Positions 1 to 10,739 of a stretch of 35,174 bases of DNA are shown in pieces. The position numbers and the translations under genes are program-made. The DNA is from Octopus sinensis (lineage: Eukaryota). Positions within the stretch are counted from its first letter, which is position 1. The number at the start of each line of letters is the position of its first letter. Location of the stretch: positions 1-35,174 of the forward strand of contig NW_021834789.1 in the NCBI RefSeq assembly GCF_006345805.1, read 5' to 3'. The notes beneath the pieces are model-generated. The model saw nothing but the letters and a program-made list of their open reading frames with translations. It was not told the DNA's origin and did no database searches.

Positions 1-537
1 CTCTCCCTCCCTCACAAAGCATATATCTCATACATCATCTGTTTCCTTCCCCTTCCCTCAATTTTTGTCTCTCTCCCTCCCTCTTTACCACCTCATATCT
101 CATACTCTCCCTCTACCTCTTTTGCGCTCCGCCCACGTCACACTCTCCCTCTCTTTCTAAACCTATGTATCACTCTCTCTCTCCCTCCACCTCCTTATAT
201 AATATTCTCTCATTCTCTTACCTCATTCTTTCCCTCCCTTTCTCCTCCCTTTCCCTCTCCCTCTCTTTCTCTATGTCTGTCTTTCTCTCTCTTTGCTCTC
301 TCCATTTCTCTATTTCAGTCTCTCTCTTTCTCCCTCTCGCTTCTTATGTCTCTCTCTGTCTCCGTGTCTCAGTTTCTCTGTCTCTCTCTTTCTCCCTCTC
401 TCCCTCTCCCTCTCTCTATTACCTTATTATATATTAATGCTCCGCCTTTTTACTCTTTCTCTCTCATCTCATACTCCTCCTCTCTTCTTAACATTTATTT
501 CTCTAATCCCTCCTCCTTCCTCCCCCTCTCTCTCCCT
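1..537. repeat. Degenerate (TC)n polypyrimidine low-complexity tract
   Basis: Almost entirely C/T with ctctct runs. The S/L-rich ORFs here are compositional artefacts. Confidence 0.9.
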
Positions 538-1660
538 TTCAGACAAGCCTTTCAGACATCAGATGATGGAGTGTTTCTGCACAGTAGAAGTGACGGGAAA
601 CTGTCCAATCTCTCGCGCTTGTGTGCCAAGACCAAAATTAGAAACGTCCTGATCAAGGAGATGCTATTTGCTGATGATGCCGCTCTGGTATCACACACAG
701 AAGAAGCCCTCCAAAGGCTCATTGACTGTTTTGAGCAAGCATGTAACGACTTTGGCTTAGCTACCAGCCTTAAGAAGACCAACATCATGGGTCAGGCTAC
801 ATCGGACATCCCAAACATACATATTGGAGACCACAGTTTACCTATCTGGGTTCTACCGTCACCTACAACCTATCCCTTGATGCTGAGCTCAATATACGCA
901 TTGGAAAGGCAGCTGCTGCGATGGCCCAACTCCCCAAACGGGCTTGGAACAACAATAAGCTGATGAAGACCACGAAAATGAAGATCTACCAGGCATGTGT
1001 ACTCAGCACTCTACTGTATGGAAGTGAGACTTGAACGCTATACACACGCCAAGAGCCTCACCTAAACATCTTTCACCTGCGCTGCCTCCGAAAAATCCTC
1101 CGCATCAAATGGCAGAATCATATCCCCAACAAAGATGTCCTCAGGCAAGCAGGAATACCACGCATGTTTGCACTCCTCACACAAAGACGTATGAGATAGC
1201 TTGGGAATGTTAGCCGTATGAAAGATGGCAGAATCCCCAAGGACATACTCTACGGAGGGCTTGCTAGGGGTACTAGGTCTGTGGGTAGACTGATCTTACG
1301 TTACAAGGATGTTTGCAAAAGCGACATGAAGGCCTGCAACATCAATATTAGCGGTTGGGAGGCAGTTGCCGGCAACCGTGGAGAATGGCGACGTACCGTA
1401 AAAGAGGGAATACAAAGAGTGACAGAGAGAGAGAGGAGAAATGGAAAGAAAAGAAGAGACGTAAACAAGAAACTATGACATTACAACCAGCCAGGAACAG
1501 TCTTCGCTACATTTGCGGTACCTGCCAGAGGGAGCGTTTGTCCAGGATAGGACTACACAGCCACAGCAGGAAATGTATCAGGATATGAAATATAAAAGCC
1601 GGACTGGACTATTTTATGCGCAACTCCATTGTCTCCCGAGACAAAAAGGATGCCAACCAA
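538..1660 (+). mobile_element. 5'-truncated, frameshifted RTE-clade (BovB-like) LINE: RT C-terminal half, C-terminal domain and 3' UTR
   Basis: Across frames it reads ...EMLFADDAALVSH...YLGS...KIYQACVLSTLLYGSET*TLY...RCLRKILRIKWQNHIPNKDVL...RMKDGRIPKDILYGGL...YICGTCQRERLSRIGLHSHSRKC*. These are the RTE-type FADD, LYGSE, RIPK and terminal Cys/His motifs. It ends at a (TA)n tract. Confidence 0.92.
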
Positions 1661-1665
1661 CATAT

Positions 1666-1700
<35 letters not shown>
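1661..1700. repeat. (TA)n microsatellite
   Basis: Direct dinucleotide run. Confidence 0.95.
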
Positions 1701-1701
<1 letters not shown>

Positions 1702-1997
1702 ACAAATTAAGGAACGTCCATAATAGGCCGTTCAACCCACTAGAAATAACAGCCAAAGCTTCAACCGCAAAATAGTAGTAATTCCGTAAATCAGGAGAAA
1801 ATTAAAAAACATTTAACCTTTCCACTTTATACAATGCATCGTTTCATCGTTTTTTAATGGTAAATCAGCCTGATTAAATTAAATCAAGCTAATCTTCCAT
1901 ACGCCAACAGATTCATCAGTAAAGTAAGCCAGGAGGGAGAGATATTTACACGAGGCAGCACCACTACCGCTTCGGCAATATCTAACCTAAAATTTTT
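1701..1997 (-). mobile_element. Diverged partial copy of the ~488-bp hammerhead-bearing repeat unit (retrozyme-like)
   Basis: Colinear with 24641-24935: aacaaattaaggaacgtccataataggcc...ctagaaataacagccaaagcttcaaccgcaaa...ctgattaaattaaatcaagc...ggcaatatctaacctaaaatttt. Flanked by (TA)n on both sides. Confidence 0.88.
1823..1926 (-). ncRNA. Type I hammerhead ribozyme fold (diverged copy), predicted cleavage after GUA between 1830 and 1829
   Basis: Minus strand: UACUUUA-CUGAUGA-AUC(U)GUU...AACGAU-GAAA-CG-AUGCAU-UG-UA|UAAAGUG. Stem I ACUUUA/UAAAGU pairs perfectly and the core is intact. Confidence 0.8.
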
Positions 1998-2078
1998 TGC
2001 TACCCTATATTGATTATATATATATATACATACACACACAGAAGGATAAGATCAATATTTAAATATCGATTTTATCAG

Positions 2079-2109
2079 GTGGCCAGCATGGGAATAAAAA
2101 CCATCAAAG
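2079..2109 (+). CDS. Candidate internal coding micro-exon (31 nt, phase 1 to 2) of an unidentified gene
   Basis: Acceptor ttttatcag|G, donor AAG|gtaaca. Reads xGQHGNKNHQ(S) and is phase-compatible with the 3314 exon. Confidence 0.4.
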
Positions 2110-2240
2110 GTAACACTTATTTAAAATTATAATATAGGGTAATAGCAGTCAAATCTTGACTCAAAAACCACATTAAATGTTCATATAGCACCAGGAGAGA
2201 AGACGAAGAGACAAAATAGAATAGCAAACATTTCTGGATA

Positions 2241-2299
2241 ATTCCAGATCCCGGATTTCTGACTCTGCTTAAGAAATGCTCTGCCTTCATCAGTGGAAT
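2241..2299 (-). ncRNA. Degenerate type I hammerhead fold (third, unrelated family)
   Basis: Minus strand: AUUCCA-CUGAUGA-AGGC...GUCA-GAAA-UCCGGGA-UC|UGGAAU. Stem I is a perfect 6 bp and the triplet is AUC, but stem II is weak with an A.A mismatch at its base. Confidence 0.5.
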
Positions 2300-2376
2300 A
2301 TACTCAGAAAAGCAAATAAATACAAATATATACATATACAACATACAATATACTTACATATACGAATGTATTTATA

Positions 2377-2420
<44 letters not shown>

Positions 2421-2544
2421 GTATATATATATATATGAGCGTGTATATATAAATCAAGGCGGCTATCAGCATTTTAAAACCAACAGGGAAATAATTCACA
2501 ATCACTAAAGGTGACAAGAGTGCGGTGAGCACCAGCATTATTAG

Positions 2545-2765
2545 AAATATTAGTCATAGACTATTTCGTTTTGGGATTTGGTTTGCAAGATTCTTTATAT
2601 GAGTTCGTGTGTTGAAGCATATTCTTTCTGGGGAGAGCCATTTTCTTTTTGTGCCTTATAATTCCACACACCCACCGGTAACATTTCAACGTATTTCTTA
2701 TTTTTATTTTCCTAAAACTTTTCGTTGAGTCTTGAAAACTTTTACCAGTGATTGTGTTAAATTAT
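2545..2765. repeat. Interspersed repeat (my label: family P), homologous to 29598-29815 and 34440-34510
   Basis: Shared ctggggagag.cattt.ctttt.gtgccttat...cacac.caccggtaa.attt segment. Confidence 0.7.
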
Positions 2766-3313
2766 AGTCATAGACACCTTAGACATAAAAACACATGGTA
2801 CATTGACAGGGGGGAGAACATTCCCCACGGTAAGCCAGATGGATTAGATTAGCATGGTTATTTCTTATAGGAAGTTAATACTCATCAGCAATGCTCACTC
2901 CATTACGGCTGGTCGAGGCTAACTCACGCCTGTCAATATCATTGAGAATGACATAAAAATGAGTGATTGATTTCACAAAATGGCAATGTGAAGATTATAA
3001 AATAATTAAGGTGGCTAACACGCAATTTAAAACCAACCAGGAAATTACCTATATATATATAAAATGTATATAAAAACTTATACACGGAGGGAAGACCACC
3101 ATGTGGATTTCTTACATGCTAAAGAGGGCAAGCCACGGTACTGGACGAATATGTTCTTAACACTAACTTTTAGTCACCCGCTTGTAGTTTTAGCCTTCTT
3201 CACTAATTCTGTTCTCAACCATACTGAATGCGGTTATGTTACCTATGATGATCCAATCCTAAACTATATTTGAATATAAAAATAATTGAAACAAAACAAT
3301 TAATCTCTTTAAG

Positions 3314-3396
3314 TGTTCAAAGTCAACAGCGGCGCAATATCTCCCAAGTTTTGAACAAATTCCAGGCATTGCTCAACATGAATTTGCTTGATGAAA
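3314..3396 (+). CDS. Candidate coding exon (83 nt, phase 2 to 1)
   Basis: Acceptor ctctttaag|T, strong donor GAAA|gtaagtat. Open frame VQSQQRRNISQVLNKFQALLNMNLLDE. Confidence 0.55.
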
Positions 3397-3708
3397 GTAA
3401 GTATCGTGTTTCTTCATTTTTTTAACACCATTACCGTCATAATTAGCTTCATCAATAACCATTACCATCCTCTTCGTCGTTGTCGTCATCATCAACCACA
3501 ACGGATGATATCTTAGGACACCCACGCGTGCACGCAAGCGCACAGACTCCCTCCCTCTCTCTCATACATACAACTATTCATTTACATTTTCTCGAAGCTT
3601 GGATAATTTCAATAAATCAGCATTTTATTTTGCGCTTTTCCGTTTCTTGTCCCTACGGAACTGTTTGTCTAACCGAGGGCAAAAATGTTTTCTTCTTATT
3701 TTGTATAG

Positions 3709-3803
3709 AAGTAGAAGATGCAGACTCTACTGCGCAGAATAATTCACACAATTCCAGTACTTTCTTTAATTCACTCAGGAAAATTATTCAATGTTGCAAA
3801 TAA
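3709..3803 (+). CDS. Candidate terminal coding exon ending ...FFNSLRKIIQCCK*
   Basis: Acceptor ttttcttcttattttgtatag|AA. The phase-1 join with 3396 gives K-VEDADSTAQNNSHNSSTFFNSLRKIIQCCK-stop, and AATAAA follows at 3921. Confidence 0.55.
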
Positions 3804-3920
3804 TTTTCCTCGGTGAAAATTCAGTTTGTTCGAAGTGATCATATTAATTTTTGAATTAGGATCGATAGATACACACACAGCTCATACGCTTTAACTCATC
3901 TCTAAGAGATATAAAAGAGG

Positions 3921-3926
3921 AATAAA
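3921..3926 (+). promoter_or_regulatory. Candidate polyadenylation signal AATAAA
   Basis: Lies 118 nt after the predicted stop. The hexamer is common in AT-rich DNA, so support is weak. Confidence 0.3.
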
Positions 3927-4914
3927 TCACATCCCATTGCCGAACAATGATATAATTTTTTTCACTTCGTTTCCATTCATTTCATTTTACCACTGCAAAA
4001 TCAATATAAAGTCTATCTATTTCCGGCATAAAAGAGGTTTATGCACATCCGGCCAGTATGTCTAAGTAGTGGTCAATATTGAGGAAATGCAACAATAGAG
4101 GCCGCGAAACAGACAATAGCATTTTTACGAGTCAAATCCCGTAACAAATTATATATTGCTCGGGAAAATGTAAAAATATATATACATATACACATACATA
4201 TTTCGGGATGGTCATGTTATTTATTATTTAAATGAAATATAAATGAATAAATATATGTGTGCATATATATATTGTGTGCCCAGGTAGAGTACACGGGGAT
4301 CTCTACGTACAACAGTGTTCGGGCAAACAGATCACATTGGCATAATTTGAAGAATGCTGTCGAAGTAGTTTCTCATGGATTCAGATCTACGTTTCGGGCA
4401 TTGTCTTCTGTGAAATATACACGCTGGCCATTTTCAAGATGTACAGATAGATTTTAAGAAAGTGTTCCTACATGTAAACAGGATGTGACATTTGTGTTGA
4501 CAGTGTATTTGTCTAAAAGCAGAACCGTCCTTCCATCAGCGCTTGTCAATTGGCTGAAGTAACATGAAAGGCATCGTCATTCATGGTATATTCGTGAATA
4601 AGTCACAAACTGAAATACGTTGATATATTGTTTAGGGAAATATTATTTACTTGTTTAAGGGTGGTACTGGATACATAGCGAAAACAGCTCTAACAGTTCA
4701 AATAGTAAGAAATAAACATATATATATATATACAAATTCATACTATCCGGTAATTAATGTGCTTAAACTTTTATATTTTATGTTTTTTCATTATGTTTCC
4801 AGGTTCAAGTACTGGTAATGGAACAGAGGATAGAACAGCAGAAACAAACTTTTGAGTGAAAATCGAAAAAGAGCCTCCAAGAATCGTCTTTGATGATATT
4901 TTATGCTATAAAAC

Positions 4915-5285
4915 GATATTTTCTCCATATATAATACAAAATAAAATTTTCTCCATATATAATATAAAATAATATTTTCTCCATATATAATATGAAGTAA
5001 TATTTTCTTCATATATGATATAAAATTATATTTTCTTCATATATAATATGAAATGATAATTTCTCCACATATAATATAAAATTATATTTTTCTTCATATA
5101 TAATATAAAATTATATTTTCTGCATATATAATATGAAATGATCATTTCTCCTTATATGATATAAAATAATATTTTCTGCATATATAATACAAAATAATAT
5201 TTTCTCCATATATAATACACAAAACATTTTCTCCATATATAATATAAAATAATATTTTCTCCATATATAATATAAAATATTCTTT
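4915..5285. repeat. AT-rich ~28-bp minisatellite, about 13 degenerate copies
   Basis: Unit approximately ttttctccatatataatataaaataata. Confidence 0.88.
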
Positions 5286-6073
5286 CCTTGTAACGACACT
5301 ATAATTATACGTTTCAATACAACACTATGCATGCAAGAGACTGTATAATCCACCATGATGTAATTTAAACGAGTTTCAGGGCCTCAGTATGGCTTGAAAG
5401 AGAAAATATTGCATGATTTGAAATTATATTGAAATTCTATCTTCTTGCCAATTTAATGTTATCAATGTAAGCTTTAGAATTGTTAAATAAAGGATTAAAT
5501 CTGATCTGTTGCTACCGTTCGTTTTCTAGATGAAATACTGTAATACCGCAGACTAAGATCAAATACCACCGGAAGAGGCATTGATTCCATTTGTTATTTT
5601 AAACATTCCACTAAAATGTTAAAACTTGCAAAATGTATCATGTTGATTAGATTTACGATCATTTATCTAATTAGTATTATCAGGTCATTCAACTGTCATT
5701 GTTCAAGTAATCAACATTTCACAAACAGCTACATTCCAATCAAAGCACCGGACGTAGATTCGTCTTCTTCACGTTCATGTCTACTTTCACTCCATCAATT
5801 TTACACTAACACGAGACTGCGCACCCCTCAATGTCTTCATTGAAGTAGTTTCTTAGTTATATTCTCTACATGATATTCAGGCCCATTAGGCCGCAGTCTC
5901 TCTCGGTATCCAACATATTCCAACACCCGGGGATAGAAGACATCCCACTAAAAGAGATGCCAGTCTGTTGCAAGTTTAACCCTTGGTTGTTGCTGGTATT
6001 TCTTCTCAGATGATTGCACTGGAAGTGATTTTCTCGTGGACAGGACGCATCGGACCAATAGTCCAAGTGTCTA

Positions 6074-6109
<36 letters not shown>

Positions 6110-6789
6110 CGTGTGTGTATGTATGTATGTGTGTGCTTTTTAGCCTCTTCTGTTTTCCGGATCATTGGTCGCTCTCTTGCCAGCCGGAACACCGCTCCGC
6201 CCTTCTTTTATACTCTGCTTGTTGCTGTTAAAAGATATGTAGCCGTTTATCGTAACAGCTCTGTCATTTCTACCACTTATTATATGGCCTGTGGTTTTAG
6301 AAGTCTTGATACATCGACTGAAATAAGGAATTATCTTTTACTTTCCTTCTAATTAGATGGTCGCACCATTTCACTCTCTTCCATCTGACTACTTCAGTTC
6401 TGGTTTATGTCATGTAAATAACGTTTCTTATACAAATTACGCCAGTCCCACTATATCTTTTTAGTTTTAAACACATCTTAATAACCTCTTACTTATGTGT
6501 TTCTAGACCCTGATTCGAGAAGCAAAAATGTGCAACCTATCAATGCAACCCTGGCTGATGTCCTACAAGCTCCAGATCCTGTTTCTTAAATCTCTCAAAT
6601 GCTATACATGCTAGCGTGACCTGTCTTTTCTAACCTGTGTGTCTAGTGCGACGGATACTACACAGCACTCTTTGACATGTTCAACATAAGAACCATTCAG
6701 TGTAATTATTTCCTTTGTGTTGTGTAATTAATCTGTATATAATGCTATTCGTTTTCATCCCATTTTCCCCATATTTCGTCTGAGACCAT

Positions 6790-6980
6790 CAATATTAGGT
6801 TTGCTTCCCAACCGCATAATTCCGTTTTTATTTTCGGTCTCATCGTGTGACATGGCACTTTGGGCAATTTCCACCATACTGAGAGAAAAGTACTAGGGTC
6901 AATTCGTTCGACTAAAACTTATTCCAGGGGCCCTCCACCTCCTCCAGCATGGCTGCAGTCTCATGACTGAAATAAAGGAA
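6790..6980 (+). mobile_element. Decayed, internally deleted SINE (my label: family A)
   Basis: Head fragment tttgcttcccaacc...ggcactttgggcaa joined to tail ccagcatggctgcagtctcatgactgaaa, matching the copies at 21188 and 31757-32720. Confidence 0.6.
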
Positions 6981-8874
6981 AAAGTTTTAAAATATATATT
7001 TCCTCACTTCGTTATTATCTGTGAACACATATTTTCTCTATTCTCCTTTCAGAGAAGAAAACACATCTGTCTCCATGACATTTCTCCTTCACTCACTCTC
7101 TATCTCTTTTGCTACTTCTCTCTCTCTCTCTCCTCTCTCTTATAGCTTTGCCTCTCCCATACACTTCCCTCATCACTCCATGCTTCTCTCTCTCTCTCCC
7201 ATATCACATGTTGCTTCCCTGCGCGTGGAGAATTAATCCAGCAAAGACGTTCAACATTTTTATAATTGTTTTTCATCTCCGCTGTTTCGTTTAACATATT
7301 TTCTCTCTTCATTGTGAACCACAAACATAATCATTCTTCATTATTTTTCACACCATAACTTACTTCTCCTTGATCTGTTTCTCTCTGCCTTTCGGTCCTG
7401 ATATGGCCCTTCCTCCATACCGTTGCCCACAAATTCCATAGGTTCTACAACGATGAGCCCCCAATATACTACAAGCACTATGACGAACAACCTGGTTATG
7501 AATCTAACTCCGCAGGTTCACAATGTTCAAAAACACACCTACAGACATCTACACATCTGTGCCTTACCTCAATATACAACACTTAACCTATATTGGGTGC
7601 TTGTCACACGTAGTTGCAGTACTTACAATCTTGTGAAAATATGACATACAACAGACAATTTGTAATACGTCCAGGCTGACAAGCAAGCTTTAATACGTGA
7701 CTGCACGAAGATGTTGAATCCTATACAAACACAACATATAAATGGAACTAGTAGATTATAAACCGTAATGGTTAGCACAAGGTTTATCGAAGAATCAAAT
7801 TCTGGATTAGTTACATCCACATCTTGGCTATGGGCTCCAAGAAGGGAAGTGCTGTTCCCTCGCATATTCCGCTATAATGCCTAGACGAATAGTAAAATTC
7901 TGACCAATAGCAATATTCTGAACATGGGACGTCATAGATGTGTAGCGAGACCAATTTCTATTATTGTATATTTGGAAACATTAAGTTAGTTTCTGAAAGC
8001 TCACCACGCTCTCTGTTGAGATTGGTTAAAATAACTATCATAATTGGACATTTATTGAACCCGTGTTGTGATCAGCTGAGTGTTGCGCGGGCGCTTGATC
8101 GAAGGTCCAATAACGTTACGCGTTATATATTTCTGGAACCTCATTTCTTTTCATAAATTGGTGCCATAAATTATTTACGAGTCAGAGAGGTGAGAGTCAT
8201 TCATCGAGGCGAAGTATGCGGATTCTGCCGTTTTCAGCATTAATTTGCTTACTCCATCTAATTTTTGAGAGCGGTCGAGTTCACTTTTAGTATTCTCGTT
8301 TGTGAGAGCAGTCGAGTTTATTTCAGATATTCTCATTCTAAAAATCATCTCTGGCTCATCGTTGAGAGGATGTTGGTATTGTCTCGGTGGAGGTTTGCAC
8401 ATTTTAAGTGCTCTACTGATTATTGTTGTTGTTGTTGCTGCTGCTTCTGCTGCTGCTGCTGCTGATAATGATGATGATATACAAGGTAATTCGGTAAACT
8501 GAAAATACCATTTCAGTCACCTATTCGATTGATTGATTTACAGAGTAATTCAGTTAACTGAAAGTACCTTTTCAGTTATCCATTCGGATGTTTAATTTAA
8601 AGATTTTACAGGTTTATCCGTGATCCATCCTTGCCTCATTCGTTACTGTTGTGGAAGGATTCCGACAACTCCCATATGATTAAAAGTGAATTGTCACAAC
8701 ATTTGCTATGAATAAAGAACTGTCGAGTTATCAGCAGTTCGCTGTGAGCCGTGTAACCTCGTATAACAGGAAGCCTCGTGCGTTCGTGTAAATACTTCGT
8801 TAAATTATTTATCAAACATACAAGGATATAAAAGTTACTTATAAAGGAAATATACTTACACCATACCTCACGTT

Positions 8875-9900
8875 TTTGACAGTATCCGCGGAAGGAAGAG
8901 ACTTGTGGATGACATGAATTACATATTATGAAGCACAGAAACAAAACGCTGATGAATCTAAGACTTACAGGAAATTCGAAATTATGTCCTGTAACGCTCG
9001 AGTGCACATTAGGATACATGATGAAGATCATACCATAATTCAGCACATTGGTGAAGATCCTCATTGTTCATGTGCTTCAAAATCCATGCATCATATTCAG
9101 GTGGGGTTATTCAGTGTTCCGCAGTTGTTTGCATTACCCCCACCCAAAAAAAACTTACAGCCGCCTTTTTTATAAGCTAAATGAATTACTCCAAAGACTG
9201 AGCCCTGAAGATTTTATGAGGGATTTTGAAAAAGCTCTTATTAATAGCATTGTATCTGTTTCCTACTACTTCCATCTCATGCTGTCTTTTTCATCTATCA
9301 CAAAATATATACAGAAAACATGTGAATTTGGCTTGAAGGACAGATACCATCGTTATAATGAGTTTAGCATTAAAATCAGAGGTTTTTAAGCATTGCTAAT
9401 TCTTCGTCTCGATGATGAGATTGACGGAGTCGAACATCTTGTAGATGACGATGATCTCCGCAAGAACTTGTGACCTACTTTAGATTATCGTACCTATGAT
9501 AAGTGTGAAGTAAGGAATGAGACCACGAAGGAATTCTCCCTAGTTTCCCATTGTCGAACATCTTGTAGATGACGATGATCCTCCTGCTAGAACTGTGACC
9601 TACTTTGGATTATCGTACCTAAGAAGAGTGCAAAGTATAGGAATCAGACTACAAAGGACTTATCCCTAGTTTCCTATTGGTAGTTGGATGTCCGCTTTAA
9701 AACAGAATCGGATATGCCTCGCACTAATACCTTTTAGAGGGATTTCACAACGCCCTACAAATTTCCTTAATTTGTTCACATCCGAATATATGGAGATAAT
9801 TACTGCATTGAGAAGGGAAGAACACTTGGCACAGCTGAGAAGGTTGAATTTGATGGAGGTGGGATCTGCGAGACCAAACAAAAATAAAAGAAGGATATAG
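8875..9900 (+). pseudogene. Mutator-like (MULE) transposase relic with an N-terminal FLYWCH-like segment
   Basis: Across frames: SIRGRKRLVDD...KTYRKFEIMSCNARVH...IGE; KKTYSRLFYKL...PEDFMRDFEKALINSI...IQ...GLKDRY...FSIKIRGF; ELVTYF...FPIGSW...MPRTN...EGFHNALQ...HPNIW. These match MULE motifs, with many stops, frameshifts and a large internal deletion. Confidence 0.85.
9429..9678 (+). repeat. 124-bp diverged tandem duplication inside the MULE relic
   Basis: gtcgaacatcttgtagatgacgatgatc... starts at 9429 and 9553, and the copies stay colinear to ccctagtttcc.att. Confidence 0.9.
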
Positions 9901-10739
9901 CAAACGGATAAGTATTGAGCGACATAGTCCCGAAAATAAGATGGATTTTATATGAGCAATAGCTCCTAACCTTCATTTTTATTGAATAATTTTAGTAATA
10001 ATTTTAGGTTTTACTCGACTTTTTATTTCATCCTTATTCAACGTTTTATTTTTTCTAATATCGGGAGTGAAATTGACTGGTAGTCAAATTACCGGAGTCA
10101 AAATACCGTGTGTGAAGTTATCAGGATTCAAATTACCTGTCGCCAATTCAGTCGATGTCTGAGGGATACGGGTTCGAGTGCAACTTTTTTCCATCTCATA
10201 AGGGTACCCAGTCTTTCTCTGCTATCTCTACAGCTTTACTGGGTTGAAATGTCCTTCCTTATCTGCAAGGTATCGCGTTTAAAATGGTTAAGTATGTTAT
10301 CATTTATTTATGCAGAAGAGATAACATTACATGACAGGGAGTAGCTTTAATGGAAGAAAACATTCGCAAAATATATGAATTCCTACGTCTCTTATTAAGA
10401 GAGACTAATGAGTGTTTCTCTCGATGCCACAGGGAATGTTAACCATCTTCTAAATTTATGTCCCCATTCCAGATACAGTTTTGAAGAATCACATGAATAC
10501 TTTGATCACCTATAAACAAAAAGAAACTTGTTACTATGGAATTGCTTCAACGTAATCATTGGAGACCTCCGCTTCAATGAAGAAGCAGGCTGAAGCAAGA
10601 ACTGACCCAATGCTATAGAAAGATAAAGGTTTAGCAAACCAAAAGAGAAGCGAGCATAATTCTACGTTTGTGTGCAATAAGGGGTCTCATGATAACAAAC
10701 ACTGTGTCCGGAAAAGAATGTCTGGAAGCTAAATCAATA

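Noticed and set aside
2855-2900. Minus-strand ctgatga...gaaa near a catgct/agcattg pairing
   Set aside because: No NUH triplet or stem III in register.
3085-3140. GGKTT (P-loop-like) in one frame upstream of the candidate exons
   Set aside because: No upstream GxxxxG context or credible acceptor; likely chance.
6130-6700. Faint RTE-like words on the minus strand (AFER/RNRIWS, VKWCDHLIR)
   Set aside because: Too degenerate to call without an alignment.
8160-8402. Minus-strand ORF loosely resembling the linker between LINE endonuclease and RT (KLMLKTAESAYF...LW)
   Set aside because: No diagnostic catalytic motif, so it is not supportable by eye.
8946-8995. ctgatga...gaaa...gtc inside the MULE relic
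   Set aside because: Stems I and II do not pair; chance motif in coding-derived sequence.
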